NCBI GenBank assembly: GCA_963705255.1
Contig: OY970061.1
Location: 2,016,001-2,080,000, forward strand
Length of the DNA: 64,000 nucleotides
Reading direction: 5' to 3'
From: an uncultured Methanoregulaceae archaeon
Lineage (GTDB): Archaea; Halobacteriota; Methanomicrobia; Methanomicrobiales; Methanospirillaceae
Made by a program: the position numbers and the translations under genes
In this document: positions 1 to 10,518 of the stretch, piece by piece
Numbering within the stretch: the first letter of the stretch is position 1
How the letters are laid out: every line of letters starts with the position of its first letter
The notes under the pieces: model-generated
Seen by the model: the letters and a program-made list of their open reading frames with translations, nothing else
What the model was told of the DNA's origin: nothing
Database searches by the model: none

Positions 1-178
1 CGGATTGAAGTGACCCCTCTGAGAGATAGAGGGGTCGCCTTGGTACAAATGGGGACCCCCAGGATGGGATCAGTCAATCCGGCGCTGCAACCCGGGAGAG
101 AGGAAACCAGATCATTGTACGATAAGGATGATCTCAATAACCGGATTCCGGTGCTTCGCGTTTTTGGGGGGAAACGTT

Positions 179-629
179 TCAGGAATCTGTGGCAGGTTTC
201 TCATGCAGCAGGGAGAACCCGAACAGAATGAATGCGATCACGACAGACAGGAGTGAGAGGACGAACACGCCGTTGGAGTAGAAAGCGTTCCGGAAGAGCC
301 AGGAGAGCCCCCCGAAGACGTGCGTGATACTCAGCGTGAGGATGAGCAGGACCCCAAACCGGTAGTAAACAGAGTCGTGGAGGATCCTGAGCACCGCGTA
401 CCGAAGCTCCGTAGTAGAAGAGGACGATGGCTATGAGATAGGGTGCCATCAGCTGGTTGATAACCGCGAACCGGACGAATGGGCTCGCTTCCCAGGTGGT
501 GATCATCGAAGTATCACCTGCCAGATAAAATGTCAGCGCATAATCGATGATTACCGCTATTGCGGGCAATAAGGCAATGATTTTATAATTGCCATAAAAT
601 TTTTCGATGATTTCCGATTTCACCTGCAT
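179..629 (-). CDS. Multi-pass membrane protein, split by a probable sequencing frameshift near 400
   Basis: Hydrophobic ORF 201..629 continues as ORF 179..394 (LRILHDS...) if one base is removed at GGTAC ~400. Confidence 0.6.
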
Positions 630-890
630 TTTTATCCCCGATCCTTATTTCTCTCTGTTATTGCAGATTTTCCTGCACATTCTTCTATGATGTCCCAATA
701 TTATATATATTTTAGGTGACCTGCTGCCGGATTGGGAAAGAATTGCCGATATTTTTTCTTTTAGCCCTCGTGAGCGCGGTACACTCCCGGGTCTTGCGGC
801 CGGCGTGAGGAGCCGGCGAATCCCATCCCGCTTACCGGATATATAGAGAAGCGAATGCATTATCATAGATCGGGAAGATAATACTTCAGC

Positions 891-1502
891 ATGGCAATGG
901 CAAACGGGCTGGAGATCGTCCCCGATAACAGCGTTTTGTGCATTGAAGAGAATTCCGGCAATATCAAATCGATCTATGCACTCTATGCTGCTTCAGAGAA
1001 GGCTGCTGAGGGTGCCGTTGTCATCTACCTGACCCTCCAGACAAAAGATGAACTTCTCGGACAGATGAAACGGTTCGGGATCCCGGTCCGGGATTCCCTT
1101 CGGATTGTCGAGATCTCCCCGGCCCATGCGAAGCTCGACGTCCTCTCGCAGATCGATTCCATCGAAGGCCCGCTCCTCATCATCGATCCCTTTGCCGTTT
1201 TCTTCGTTGACGATTCGACAAAAGATCTTACGGCATTCATGTTCGATCTTATGAAAAAGAGCCGGAAGGGGACCACCGTGCTCCTCCTCATCGATATCGG
1301 CGTCCTTCCCGAACGTTCGGAACAGCTCGTCCGGGCGATGTCCGACGGCATCATCCAGTTTGTCATCGTACCCGAGGGAGACAAGCTGAATAAGTACATC
1401 AATATCCCGAAGATGCGGGGGTCGTTTCCCAGGGACAAGATGCTGCCGTTCACGCTCAACGAAGAGGGGCTGATGATCGATACCCGGGAGAGGCACGGGT
1501 AA
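891..1502 (+). CDS. KaiC/RAD55/FlaH-like RecA-fold protein with degenerate Walker A
   Basis: VIYLT, LIIDPF (Walker B-like), SDGIIQF and IPKMRG motifs typical of KaiC-family domains; GxxGxGKT is replaced by NSGNIKS. Confidence 0.7.
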   Translation: MAMANGLEIVPDNSVLCIEENSGNIKSIYALYAASEKAAEGAVVIYLTLQTKDELLGQMKRFGIPVRDSLRIVEISPAHAKLDVLSQIDSIEGPLLIIDPFAVFFVDDSTKDLTAFMFDLMKKSRKGTTVLLLIDIGVLPERSEQLVRAMSDGIIQFVIVPEGDKLNKYINIPKMRGSFPRDKMLPFTLNEEGLMIDTRERHG

Positions 1503-1664
1503 TTTTTTATTTTTGTCGGGCTGCCGGGATCCCGGATATATCTGCTATTTCCCTCATCAATCCCGCCCCGCCCAATTCTTTGGAACCTGGAGAATCCTGG
1601 TGAATTCTCCTCTTCTGGGTCTGATGACTTCCTGGAAATCGACGAGATGCTTCTTACTTCCCGG

Positions 1665-2426
1665 TTATGGCGACCGCAGGATCCCCAGCTTTCGGCCGGC
1701 CTTCACAAGTCGTGTGACGCTATGGATCGCAGGGTGAGTGTGGTTGTAGTGGACCGATGCATCCGGCAACACCTTCATGAGCCCTTTCGGATCTGAGAAG
1801 GGTTCGATGCTGACATATGTCCTGCCCAATTCGAGTGAGGTATGTGCATCGGATCCAGCAGATACCGGTTTCCTCCGCCGGCCTGCATAGCCACGCGCCA
1901 GCGCGTTCTCCCCCTCGTCAAGTACCCGGCTGTTGAACCCCTCTATGATGTCGAGACGGTCGATGATCCTTTCCATGATATCATGCCTGAGGGCGCTCCT
2001 CCTGTAGGAGCAGAACGGGTGGGGGACGATCGAAAGTGCTCCCTGTTCATGGATCTCGTCGAGGGTCTCCTCGGCTGACTGGTACGGCGTGATGTGTTCC
2101 TGAAGGAAGAGTCCGATGATCTCGCCGTCAGAAGTCATGATCTCCTCAGCCAGTATACGCGGAAGATCAGGATCGTTCCTGCAGAGAACGTCGTAAACCC
2201 GCTCAGATCCGGCGATACTGTTGTGGTCGCAGATGAGTGGCAGGATGCCGGTGCGCCGGTAGCATCTTGCGATGGTTTTCACCGGGATCGAGGAGTCCGA
2301 CGAGTAACAGGAATGGAGGTGCATGTCGAACCGGACGCACTCTCCATTGCCCTTGCCATGGGACGGAGGATCTTCCAGCAGGTTTATTGTTTGTGACATT
2401 TTCGCGTTTCCTGATGTACCCGACAT
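1665..2426 (-). CDS. PHP-domain phosphoesterase
   Basis: DMHLHS..S.DS, CDHN, AEEI, PHPF, EGFN and GSDAH motifs. Confidence 0.9.
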   Translation of the reverse strand: MSGTSGNAKMSQTINLLEDPPSHGKGNGECVRFDMHLHSCYSSDSSIPVKTIARCYRRTGILPLICDHNSIAGSERVYDVLCRNDPDLPRILAEEIMTSDGEIIGLFLQEHITPYQSAEETLDEIHEQGALSIVPHPFCSYRRSALRHDIMERIIDRLDIIEGFNSRVLDEGENALARGYAGRRRKPVSAGSDAHTSLELGRTYVSIEPFSDPKGLMKVLPDASVHYNHTHPAIHSVTRLVKAGRKLGILRSP

Positions 2427-2444
2427 TCAGGAGAATTCTTTTAC

Positions 2445-3251
2445 TTACCAATTCAGCGTCCAGATCTTCCATTCCCCATGCTGGTAATACAAGGCAAATT
2501 TATATTGGATAGGAATTTCCGTACCCGGGATGTTTTGCTGGTTTGCCGGCTGGTGGAAGAATATCTGGGCAATTATTTCGGCATACGTTGCATTCTGTTG
2601 TTTATCAATCACGTTATAATTTATAAAATAGTTGCCCGGTTGGAGAAACGTATTATTCCGGTTGTCCTCTTTAAACTGGGCCAGGGTCCTCTGCTCTTTT
2701 ATCTCATCCGGAGCAAGGTCGTATACGCGATCGATATCTCCTTCGTTAACAGCTTCAATCCACATCTGAATACCGGTTTCCGGATCCATCCATGTTTTCC
2801 ATTCCCCATGCTCGTTATAAAGATCAAATTTATAATAGAGGGGGACTTCCAGGCTCAGGGTTTTCTGAGTTTCCGGCTGCTGTAAGAATACCTGGGCAAC
2901 TATCTGGGCATATGTCCCGTTCTGTTTTTTATCAGTCACGCTGTAATTGATAAAACTGTACTCTGGCTGGAGGAACGTATTATTCTGGTTGTCCTCTTTA
3001 AACTGGGCCAGGGTCCTCTGCTCTTTTATCTCATCCGGAGCAAGGTCGTATACGCGGTCAATATTTCTCTGGTTCATTGCTTCAATCCACATCTGGACAC
3101 CGGTTTCCGGATCCGTTGAAGGAACAGAATGTTTCCCCGGGAGATTTTTGCTGTCCAGTACATAAACGCTTCCAACAATAAACGTGATGAGGAATAATCC
3201 CGCCACGAACCATTTTATATGTTGTAACCTTTTTTCTTCCATCATAATCAC
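2445..3251 (-). CDS. Membrane-anchored protein with two tandem ~109-aa domains (NTF2-like by pattern)
   Basis: N-terminal TM helix, then two copies of DPETG.QMWIEA.N...HGEWK.W. Confidence 0.75.
   Translation of the reverse strand: MIMMEEKRLQHIKWFVAGLFLITFIVGSVYVLDSKNLPGKHSVPSTDPETGVQMWIEAMNQRNIDRVYDLAPDEIKEQRTLAQFKEDNQNNTFLQPEYSFINYSVTDKKQNGTYAQIVAQVFLQQPETQKTLSLEVPLYYKFDLYNEHGEWKTWMDPETGIQMWIEAVNEGDIDRVYDLAPDEIKEQRTLAQFKEDNRNNTFLQPGNYFINYNVIDKQQNATYAEIIAQIFFHQPANQQNIPGTEIPIQYKFALYYQHGEWKIWTLNW
2460..3115. repeat. Intragenic tandem duplication, period ~327 bp
   Basis: 2660-2729 is identical to 2987-3056; the flanks are more diverged. Confidence 0.9.
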
Positions 3252-3259
3252 GACCCGGT

Positions 3260-4633
3260 CTATGAATTGGAATTCGCTATGATGTTCGCTTTGCCGGTAT
3301 TGCCACCCGCTTTTGCAAATACGATGTAATTACCCGGGGTGGAACCAAGGATGGCCCGGACACTCACAATCCCGTTCTTGTCAGATGTATCTGAAGTCGG
3401 CGTTACATTTCCATCAGGAATGATGCTGAACTGGACTACCGTGCTATTCACCGGATTTCCAGACGGATCGGTGAGCTGGAACTGAATCGGATCTTTGAGA
3501 GGAAGTCCAGACCACACCCTGGTAGATATCAGGAGATACCGGAGTGATATTAAACGCCTGTGCCGGAGGTACAGCCGGCGGAGGAAGTATAAACAACGCA
3601 CACGCGATGTAGCCCGCAGCCATCAGCACGACCGCATGTTTGAGCCCGTACCGGGCATCGCCTTCGCTGATTTTCCCGATGATGAGACCGCCGAAGAACG
3701 AGTTGATCATGATCATGTGGAAGAAGCCCCGGGAAAAATCGAGCCCGACAAGCCCGTTGGCCTTCCCTAAGATATTTGTAGAGCCGAGCTGCTCGACAAA
3801 GGGGAGCAGGCTCGTCGAAAGGGTGTATATTATAAAGACAATGATGCCCTGCGCAAAATAGAAGATCATCACGTACTGCGAGAGATTGCCTTCCTTCTCC
3901 CGTTCGATCGCGATGATGTTCCTCATGTCCTCGGACGCCTTGAGGATCAGGTCCGCAACGGCACCGCCGGAGTAGGATGCCTGGACGACAAGGGCCGTGT
4001 ACCGGGTGATCATCTCCGAATGAAGGGACTTTGCCATCGCCTTCATCGATTCCTCGAATGACTTCCCGTAGGTCATCGAGGTTGCCGCGATGCGGACATG
4101 CGGCGTGAGCAGGCCGAGGTCGGTCTTCGAGAGCTCCTTGACCGACTTGATGGGATCGAGGCCGCCCCGCATCAGCTCGGAGAGCTTGAAGAGGAACTCC
4201 GTATAGATCTCCTCTTCCGCCGGATATTCCGTTTCTGGAGGGTAATATCGATGGCATAGGGCGTAATCGCGATGAGCACGGCAATGACCAGAACCTCGTC
4301 CAGTCCCATTTTCGATGCGGGTGCCTGTGCAGGGGCCTGCGCGGTCTCGCTTCCTGGGGTCGCATTCCCTCCACTGCCTTGGTTGAGCTGGGCGGTGAGC
4401 TCCTGCAACTGCTTGAGCCGTGTATCGTCAGTGGTACCGGTAGCTTTTTGCGTCCCCTGGAAGGCGGACCCGGTCAGGAATGCACCGAGCAGGACCATCA
4501 GGGCGATCGCCACCGGCACTCCGATGGTGAAGATCTCCCGCGGCGGGTTGTAGAGGATACTGATCCGCTCTGCTATATCGTGCATCTTCTGGATGTTCTC
4601 TTTGAAAAAATCCGGTTTCGGAGAGGGGCTCAT
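3260..4633 (-). CDS. Type II secretion F-domain (TadC/FlaJ-like) protein with C-terminal Ig-like (Big_1-type) domain; two probable frameshifts (~4215, ~3510)
   Basis: ORFs 4172..4633, 3444..4172 and 3260..3601 join; GGLIIGKISEG...GLKH is typical of archaeal TadC; the C-terminus TD.SGNPV....V.F....TSDKNG.V is Big_1-like. Confidence 0.75.
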
Positions 4634-4638
4634 GGCAA

Positions 4639-5541
4639 TCAGGGGTTGGTCGAATATTTTACGGAGAGCATCTGGAGGAAGACGATGTTGATGACCGGGA
4701 TCAGGACATAGACGAGGACGTTGAACATGTCCGCAGGCTTGAAAGGCCCGAACTCGATGCCGAGCGCTCCCGAGATCACGATCCCGAGCACCGCGAGAGT
4801 GATCGTCATTACGACCCCGCCGAGGTACCCTTCGCCGAAGACCGCAAGCGATTCAACAAACTCCTTGTAGGTCTGCCTGCGGATGGCCATCAGTTCCTTG
4901 GATTTGGTCTCGAGGTAGGATTTCAGCCCGCCACCCCCGTAGATGATGTTGGTCATGTCTACGCAGATGTCCCGGAAGAGGTCCGACGGCGTGTTCTGGG
5001 TGAGGCCGTTCATCGCGGTCACCACGTCTTCTCCGAGGATGTCGACGCGGAAGAGCACCTTCCGGAACTCGTTGGAGATCTGCCCGTACTCCTCGCGGGA
5101 TATGCGGCGGATGATATCCAGCGGGGTCGCTCCCGAACTTGCGAGGATCGACATGAACGCGAGTGCATAGGGGATCTGCTTGTCGATATCCCGTTTCTTG
5201 TTCTCGATCTCGTTCTGGAGATAGAAGGGAAAGCCTATGCCCGCTGCCCCCGCACCGATCAGCGTCATGAGAAGGATGTACACTGCCGGTGTTGCCGACT
5301 TGACCGGGCTCTCCGGGAGGATAAATATGATCGATGAGACGATCAGCATTGCCACACCGGCAAGTGCCGTCGTCACGAACCAGAGTGAAGTGAACATCCC
5401 CGGTGTCATCTCGAGATCTGCCTGGTAGATGAGCTTCGTGATGTCCCTGCTGGGATTACGGTCGTATTTTTGGCCGAAAATATAGCAAAACCGCTTGTAA
5501 GACTCCAATAAATTCACGGTACTCAATGCATTCTGGTTCAT
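4639..5541 (-). CDS. Type II secretion system F family (TadC-like) pilus platform protein
   Basis: IDKQIPYALAFMSILASSG, YGQISNEF, LGEDVVTAM..NTPS motifs. Confidence 0.9.
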   Translation of the reverse strand: MNQNALSTVNLLESYKRFCYIFGQKYDRNPSRDITKLIYQADLEMTPGMFTSLWFVTTALAGVAMLIVSSIIFILPESPVKSATPAVYILLMTLIGAGAAGIGFPFYLQNEIENKKRDIDKQIPYALAFMSILASSGATPLDIIRRISREEYGQISNEFRKVLFRVDILGEDVVTAMNGLTQNTPSDLFRDICVDMTNIIYGGGGLKSYLETKSKELMAIRRQTYKEFVESLAVFGEGYLGGVVMTITLAVLGIVISGALGIEFGPFKPADMFNVLVYVLIPVINIVFLQMLSVKYSTNP

Positions 5542-5895
5542 GGTTCAGGCAAACGTATATATATTGTCAGATGCAAAAATATAGAGTATCAGGAAGTATC
5601 TTCTCCTGATAAATGTTTCAGATTTGCTTACGGCAAATCCCCCACAGACTCAATTTTTTCTTCTTCCGGATCTCGCCACAGGGACTCCGTCACCCGATTA
5701 TCCCGAAGTAGACTGGTTTTTCCCGGTATGTCTTCCCAATCCCTTTCTCGTGGAAACGCTTTGCGGTAATCCATGAAAGAAGCGCGGCAAAGTCATCCGG
5801 ATGCATCGGGACTTTCTCGGAAGCCCTTCCTGTGCATTTTGTCCCCTCCAATGTCTCCTTGGTTGCAGACAGGTTTTCCATCGTTTTTCCTCCGC

Positions 5896-6219
5896 TTATT
5901 TAACGCTGAAACGCTCCAGCTCGCAGGTGTTGATTGCGATGTAATGCACGCCGTTGATGTCATCCCTGTAAACCGGAGCAGGTACACCGGTCAGCTGGAA
6001 GCCGAGATCCTCTGCCAGTGACTCCACGGTCGAGAGCGCGGCTATCAGTGATCTGATATTTCTGAGTTTCCTGTCATCTTCGCCGCTGTCGTCGCAGAGT
6101 GAATCGATGGTGAATGAAAGGATACGGATCAGGTTCCTGCACTCCGCCATGAAATTCGTCTCGTTGCCCAATGTGGGCGGACTGTGGGGTACGGTAATCG
6201 CATCGGGTGAAGTTAGCAT
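5896..6219 (-). CDS. Hypothetical protein
   Basis: ORF with helical coding-like composition; start uncertain. Confidence 0.4.
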   Translation of the reverse strand: MLTSPDAITVPHSPPTLGNETNFMAECRNLIRILSFTIDSLCDDSGEDDRKLRNIRSLIAALSTVESLAEDLGFQLTGVPAPVYRDDINGVHYIAINTCELERFSVK

Positions 6220-6598
6220 AGGTTTGTCCATGAGAGATTTCCTGCAGCCGGAAGCCTCCCGCAATCCCCGGATTTGATTCCTCCAGGCTCCATATTTTAT
6301 TAATGCAGTATATACTTAAAAAAATTTCTATAGAGATACAAATCCCGGCTACCTTCCGTGGTCTCCTGCGGACCGATTGCGCTGTAAAATTGGTGAGATC
6401 AGACTCCTTGCGCCATACCCATTTCATGCTTCCCTGTCGCTCAGTATGGCATCCTTTGAATCCGGGTGCAATTTGACTATAGATTCTCAATAGCCCTATG
6501 TTACGAAGATTTTTATCGCGAAGAGGCGCTATTTTATCCGGGACATCTTTCGGAAGGGATGCACTCCGACACTTCAACGCACGACGGTAACCTGCACC

Positions 6599-7282
6599 AT
6601 GAACCTGTTCATCCTGAAATACTGTCTCCTGATCGGGGGAATCCTCACCAGCACGGCCCTTGTTGCGGGGCCGCTGAACCCTCAGATAATCCTGTCGAAC
6701 CAAAATCCGACGGTAGGCCTGAGCGCAGATTCGATCTACCAGTTCGGATCCGATGTCTTCTACAAGGAGCTGAACAAAACGGGGAACGAATATATGAAAA
6801 GTGCCGTGGCCGGATATGCTACCAACCTCGTCCAGACGGACAACCAGACACAGCAGTACGATGACCTGTGGGCGCAGGGCGTGTCCGCGTTCAAGTCGGG
6901 ATACAACGGGTGCATCATTGCCTATCTCGATCTTGCCGGAGTACCGGAATTGCACTCGGCAAAACAGAAGGATGCAGTCTGCGATGAATTCAGGCTCGCA
7001 AATGACGATCTGAAGCAGTCCGAGGATTACTTCACCAGCGCAAAGGCAAGCAGTACCGCCTCTTCGGTGCAGGGATTCGAGGTCGGGATGGTTCTTGCAC
7101 GGGTAGTACCGATACAACAGCATGCAGAGGATGCAGAGATTGGGTGCATGAAAGCAGTACTCGCCGACCAGGAAGGAAATACCAGTGAATTCGAAAATAA
7201 CCTCCGCGCCAGCGGTGCTGATATAGCCGAGATGAAACGGATCTACCCGGAACTCGGGGTGCTGAGCAATGACTTCAGCTGA
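6599..7282 (+). CDS. Exported hypothetical protein (helical)
   Basis: N-terminal signal/TM segment, coding-like codon use. Confidence 0.7.
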   Translation: MNLFILKYCLLIGGILTSTALVAGPLNPQIILSNQNPTVGLSADSIYQFGSDVFYKELNKTGNEYMKSAVAGYATNLVQTDNQTQQYDDLWAQGVSAFKSGYNGCIIAYLDLAGVPELHSAKQKDAVCDEFRLANDDLKQSEDYFTSAKASSTASSVQGFEVGMVLARVVPIQQHAEDAEIGCMKAVLADQEGNTSEFENNLRASGADIAEMKRIYPELGVLSNDFS

Positions 7283-7379
7283 AAAAATGGACGTGAATAC
7301 CGGGTCCCTGTTCATTCACCAGGGCAACCGGCTTGAGAGACCATGATACCCGCGCAACCGGGATGCAGGTCGTGATCGT

Positions 7380-7739
7380 ATGAAAATTCCTGATAAAAAA
7401 TCGCTGAAAACACTAATCTGTTCCAGTTCAACGAACCTCTTTATCGAAGACAGCTGTCAGACCGATAACCTGTTCGAGAAGCGGAACCTGCTGACGATCC
7501 TGTCGTCCGCAATCTTCATGATCGCCGGACCGCTCTTCATCTACTTCGGGTTTTACCTGCTGACATCCCCCTTCACGGTGAAATGGGGAGCGCTCTCCAT
7601 CGCCATCGGCATGTTCGTGATGATGTTCGGGTTCAGTCTCTGGCAGGACCGCCAGATCCAGATCCAGTGGCGTCTGATAAAAAAAGAGAACGAAGAGATG
7701 AAGGCCATGCTGCGGGAACTTCTCGGTAAAATGAATTAG
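7380..7739 (+). CDS. Small membrane protein (2 TM plus coiled-coil tail)
   Basis: Two hydrophobic stretches followed by KKENEEMKAMLRELL. Confidence 0.6.
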   Translation: MKIPDKKSLKTLICSSSTNLFIEDSCQTDNLFEKRNLLTILSSAIFMIAGPLFIYFGFYLLTSPFTVKWGALSIAIGMFVMMFGFSLWQDRQIQIQWRLIKKENEEMKAMLRELLGKMN

Positions 7740-7909
7740 CATATATCCGGCAGTATAAGATCCGGTTTTGCCAAAGTATTCTTCCGAGAACTTCCTCCCT
7801 GATTCCGGTGGAGCCGCAGATCGCGTATCCCAGCTTCTCAAGTCGTTATGCCAGTACTCTGGCAAAAAAGGGTCATCCTACAAAGAAGATCCCTGCCTTA
7901 CGGTCTGTC

Positions 7910-9187
7910 TCATATATCAGGTGCCCGGTACAATCCTTCGGGAACGAAGATCTCGAACCTGGCTCCTGATCCCGGGACGCCCGTTTCACGTATCGTGATC
8001 CCGGTAATGGCGAGGATCTCTCTGATGAGATACAGCCCATAGCCGGTATTTTTTCCCACACCGAGATCGAATATCCGTTCTTTCTCCTCTGCGGCAACTC
8101 CGGAACCATCGTCCTCGCAGAGTATCGCAAGGCCTCTGGCCGAGATACGGCAGCTGAACCGGATCTGTTTTATTTTCTCTCCGTGCCTGATGGCGTTGTC
8201 GATGAGGTTATAGAATACCTTCCCGAGAAGCGGGTCTGCCATTATTACGACATCCGGCACAGAGATCACAATCAGGACAGGACTTGTCTCAAATCTCCTG
8301 GCAGAATTCCGGATTACGTCAGCGAGATCCTGCCACTGAGGGGAGTGCATCCCGATCTCCTGGTATTCACGGGTGAACATTACCTGTTCCCGGATCGCAA
8401 GGCCGGCAGCCCGGATATCCTTCAGGAGATCCCTGCATTTCCCCCCGGCATCGGTCTCGCCCGCCATATCCACGCACCCGAGCAGCCCGGCGACGGAATT
8501 GAGTATGTCATGACGGGTGATGGTGTTCATGAGGGTGAGTTTCTTGTTGATATCCGTAAGGCGCACCTCGGTTTTCCTCAGATCTGTGACATCGCTCGAG
8601 ATGACTGTTACTGCTACTATCGATCCGGAAGCCGGATCCCTGACTGGTGAGAATTTCCGGTGATAGTATCTTCCGTTGTGCTCGGATTCGTCCTCCACGG
8701 ATTGCCCGATCTGGAATACGGTGCTGGCGAGTGCAGTGAACCGGCTGGTTTCGGCGGCTGTGTGGAATTCAGCGTACAATCGCCCGAGGAGGCTCCGGTC
8801 TTCCGATCCCCGGCGGGCATTATATTTCGGGTTTATCAGAAGATACCGGAGGTCCCGGTCTATCGTGTAGATCGACTCCTCTGCAGATTCTACGTAGGAA
8901 CGGTAACGGGCTTCTACTGTGCGAAGGTTCTTCTCAGTATCTCTCAGTTGTCCGTACAGCGTACGGATCTCCCCCTGTTCAGTGAGCGAGGATCTAAGCG
9001 GGAGGTACACAAGAATTACGGCGACGATGCTGGTGAAAAATATCGTGATGATATGCGACTCCCACAGCGTTACTGAAGGGACGACGATCTGTTTTACAAC
9101 TTCAAAGACCGTCATCAGGACGATCATCGAGAAGAAGACAATCACCAGCGAACGGGAGAGCACTGATGTTCCGGAATTCTTCTCCAC
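7910..9187 (-). CDS. PAS-domain sensor histidine kinase
   Basis: 2 TM, PAS, H-box TRHDILN, N-box NLIDNAIRHG, DDGSG and GYGLY. Confidence 0.95.
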   Translation of the reverse strand: MEKNSGTSVLSRSLVIVFFSMIVLMTVFEVVKQIVVPSVTLWESHIITIFFTSIVAVILVYLPLRSSLTEQGEIRTLYGQLRDTEKNLRTVEARYRSYVESAEESIYTIDRDLRYLLINPKYNARRGSEDRSLLGRLYAEFHTAAETSRFTALASTVFQIGQSVEDESEHNGRYYHRKFSPVRDPASGSIVAVTVISSDVTDLRKTEVRLTDINKKLTLMNTITRHDILNSVAGLLGCVDMAGETDAGGKCRDLLKDIRAAGLAIREQVMFTREYQEIGMHSPQWQDLADVIRNSARRFETSPVLIVISVPDVVIMADPLLGKVFYNLIDNAIRHGEKIKQIRFSCRISARGLAILCEDDGSGVAAEEKERIFDLGVGKNTGYGLYLIREILAITGITIRETGVPGSGARFEIFVPEGLYRAPDI

Positions 9188-9557
9188 GGTAGTCCCTCAC
9201 TGTCAGACTCAGGGGGCTGCCCCGGTTTTGCCAAACCGGCAAAGGTCCCGTCATCGGTGTTATCACGTTTTGGTCATGAAATGAGATATACTTTGTCGAA
9301 ATATACTCTATTATTGAAATTTTGCTCTATATTGCTATAGATACTCGGCGAAATGGCCTGAATCGCTGGGCCCGGACATGGCGGAGGGTCCGACTGTTGC
9401 GTGTAACCCGGAAAGGCGGTTTTTCAGGAAGGACGCCGGCACGACCTGTTTTGATCGGATCGGGTTCCGGTTATCCGTGCCCATCACTCCATAGTTTTTA
9501 ATTTTTTTGTTCTGGCAGCGGATGAACTGCTGCGGCAAAAACTTCACGGTAAGGCAA

Positions 9558-10043
9558 TCAATCCCTTCCGGTAACCGTCCTTACCGAATAGATATAGGCA
9601 CCGAACGCCGAGAGGATGCCACCTGTGAAGACAAGAACAATCAGCAATCCTACCACAAGGAAGACACTTTCATAGCCTGAGGTCAGTGCGGAGTTCGCGT
9701 ATCCGGTATGGACTACGAGGCTGACGATATCGGAGAACCACATAACCTCGAGGATGATACTGGTTGTTACACCGGCAATCATCCCGGTAAGGAAGGAATC
9801 TTTCGGGCCTTCGGTCTGTCGGCGACACAGCCGGCCCGCGAAGATTCCCCCCATCTCAAAAACGATGATAACGAGAAGCGGGTATGCAACGTTCCAGATA
9901 ACAATGAGAGGAATCCCGGCGGATGCAGTCCCGGTTCCGGAATAATTTCTGATGAGGATGATGTTTATGAGTACTATCAATACCATGATCTCGCCGCTGA
10001 TCGCACCGGCGATCAACCCGCATCGGGTAACCGGCGTCATCAT
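9558..10043 (-). CDS. Four-TM membrane protein
   Basis: Four Gly/Ala-rich hydrophobic helices. Confidence 0.7.
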   Translation of the reverse strand: MMTPVTRCGLIAGAISGEIMVLIVLINIILIRNYSGTGTASAGIPLIVIWNVAYPLLVIIVFEMGGIFAGRLCRRQTEGPKDSFLTGMIAGVTTSIILEVMWFSDIVSLVVHTGYANSALTSGYESVFLVVGLLIVLVFTGGILSAFGAYIYSVRTVTGRD

Positions 10044-10181
10044 ATCTTTCCGCCATACCTGCATAAAGGACAGTCCTCTCTGGCCCCGGATCACCGGGAA
10101 ACGGATCCGGTAGGCTCCTGAATATAGTTCAACCGGGTAATTTATATATTTTTTTAAAAACTATAGAGCACATCTGAAGAT

Positions 10182-10352
10182 CTACTCTGAAGCAAGGGAG
10201 ATCGCGGCAAGGGCGACAAGAATACCTGCGACGAGGAACAGCAGGTACGAGATCTGGGAGAAACCGGGTGCGCTGATGATGATCACGCAACCGATGATCG
10301 CGAGGAGAAATCCCATAAACAACTGGATGAGTGGGCCGTCGAGGTTTATCAT
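10182..10352 (-). CDS. Small 2-TM membrane protein (56 aa)
   Basis: Hydrophobic ORF from MINLDG at 10352. Confidence 0.55.
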   Translation of the reverse strand: MINLDGPLIQLFMGFLLAIIGCVIIISAPGFSQISYLLFLVAGILVALAAISLASE

Positions 10353-10518
10353 ATTCGAAGAACCGTATCCCGTGCATATCACCTGCTCATCTTTGTTGCC
10401 GTCAGGAGAGACCGGTTGCCACGGTTTCCCAAAAGACTTCTGACAATATCTTCTGTCCCGGAGAGATCCGATGAGCCACCCGGGACACCGGAAAACCATG
10501 GAAGCAGGCGGAGGGCGT

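Noticed and set aside
10-72. Hairpin GTGACCCCTCT/AGAGGGGTCGC as a seventh repeat cluster
   Set aside because: Resembles 55729 only briefly, lacks the GA closures and is cut by the window edge
2460-3115. Diversity-generating retroelement TR/VR pair
   Set aside because: Both copies are in-frame parts of one protein, differences are not confined to adenines, and no reverse transcriptase is present
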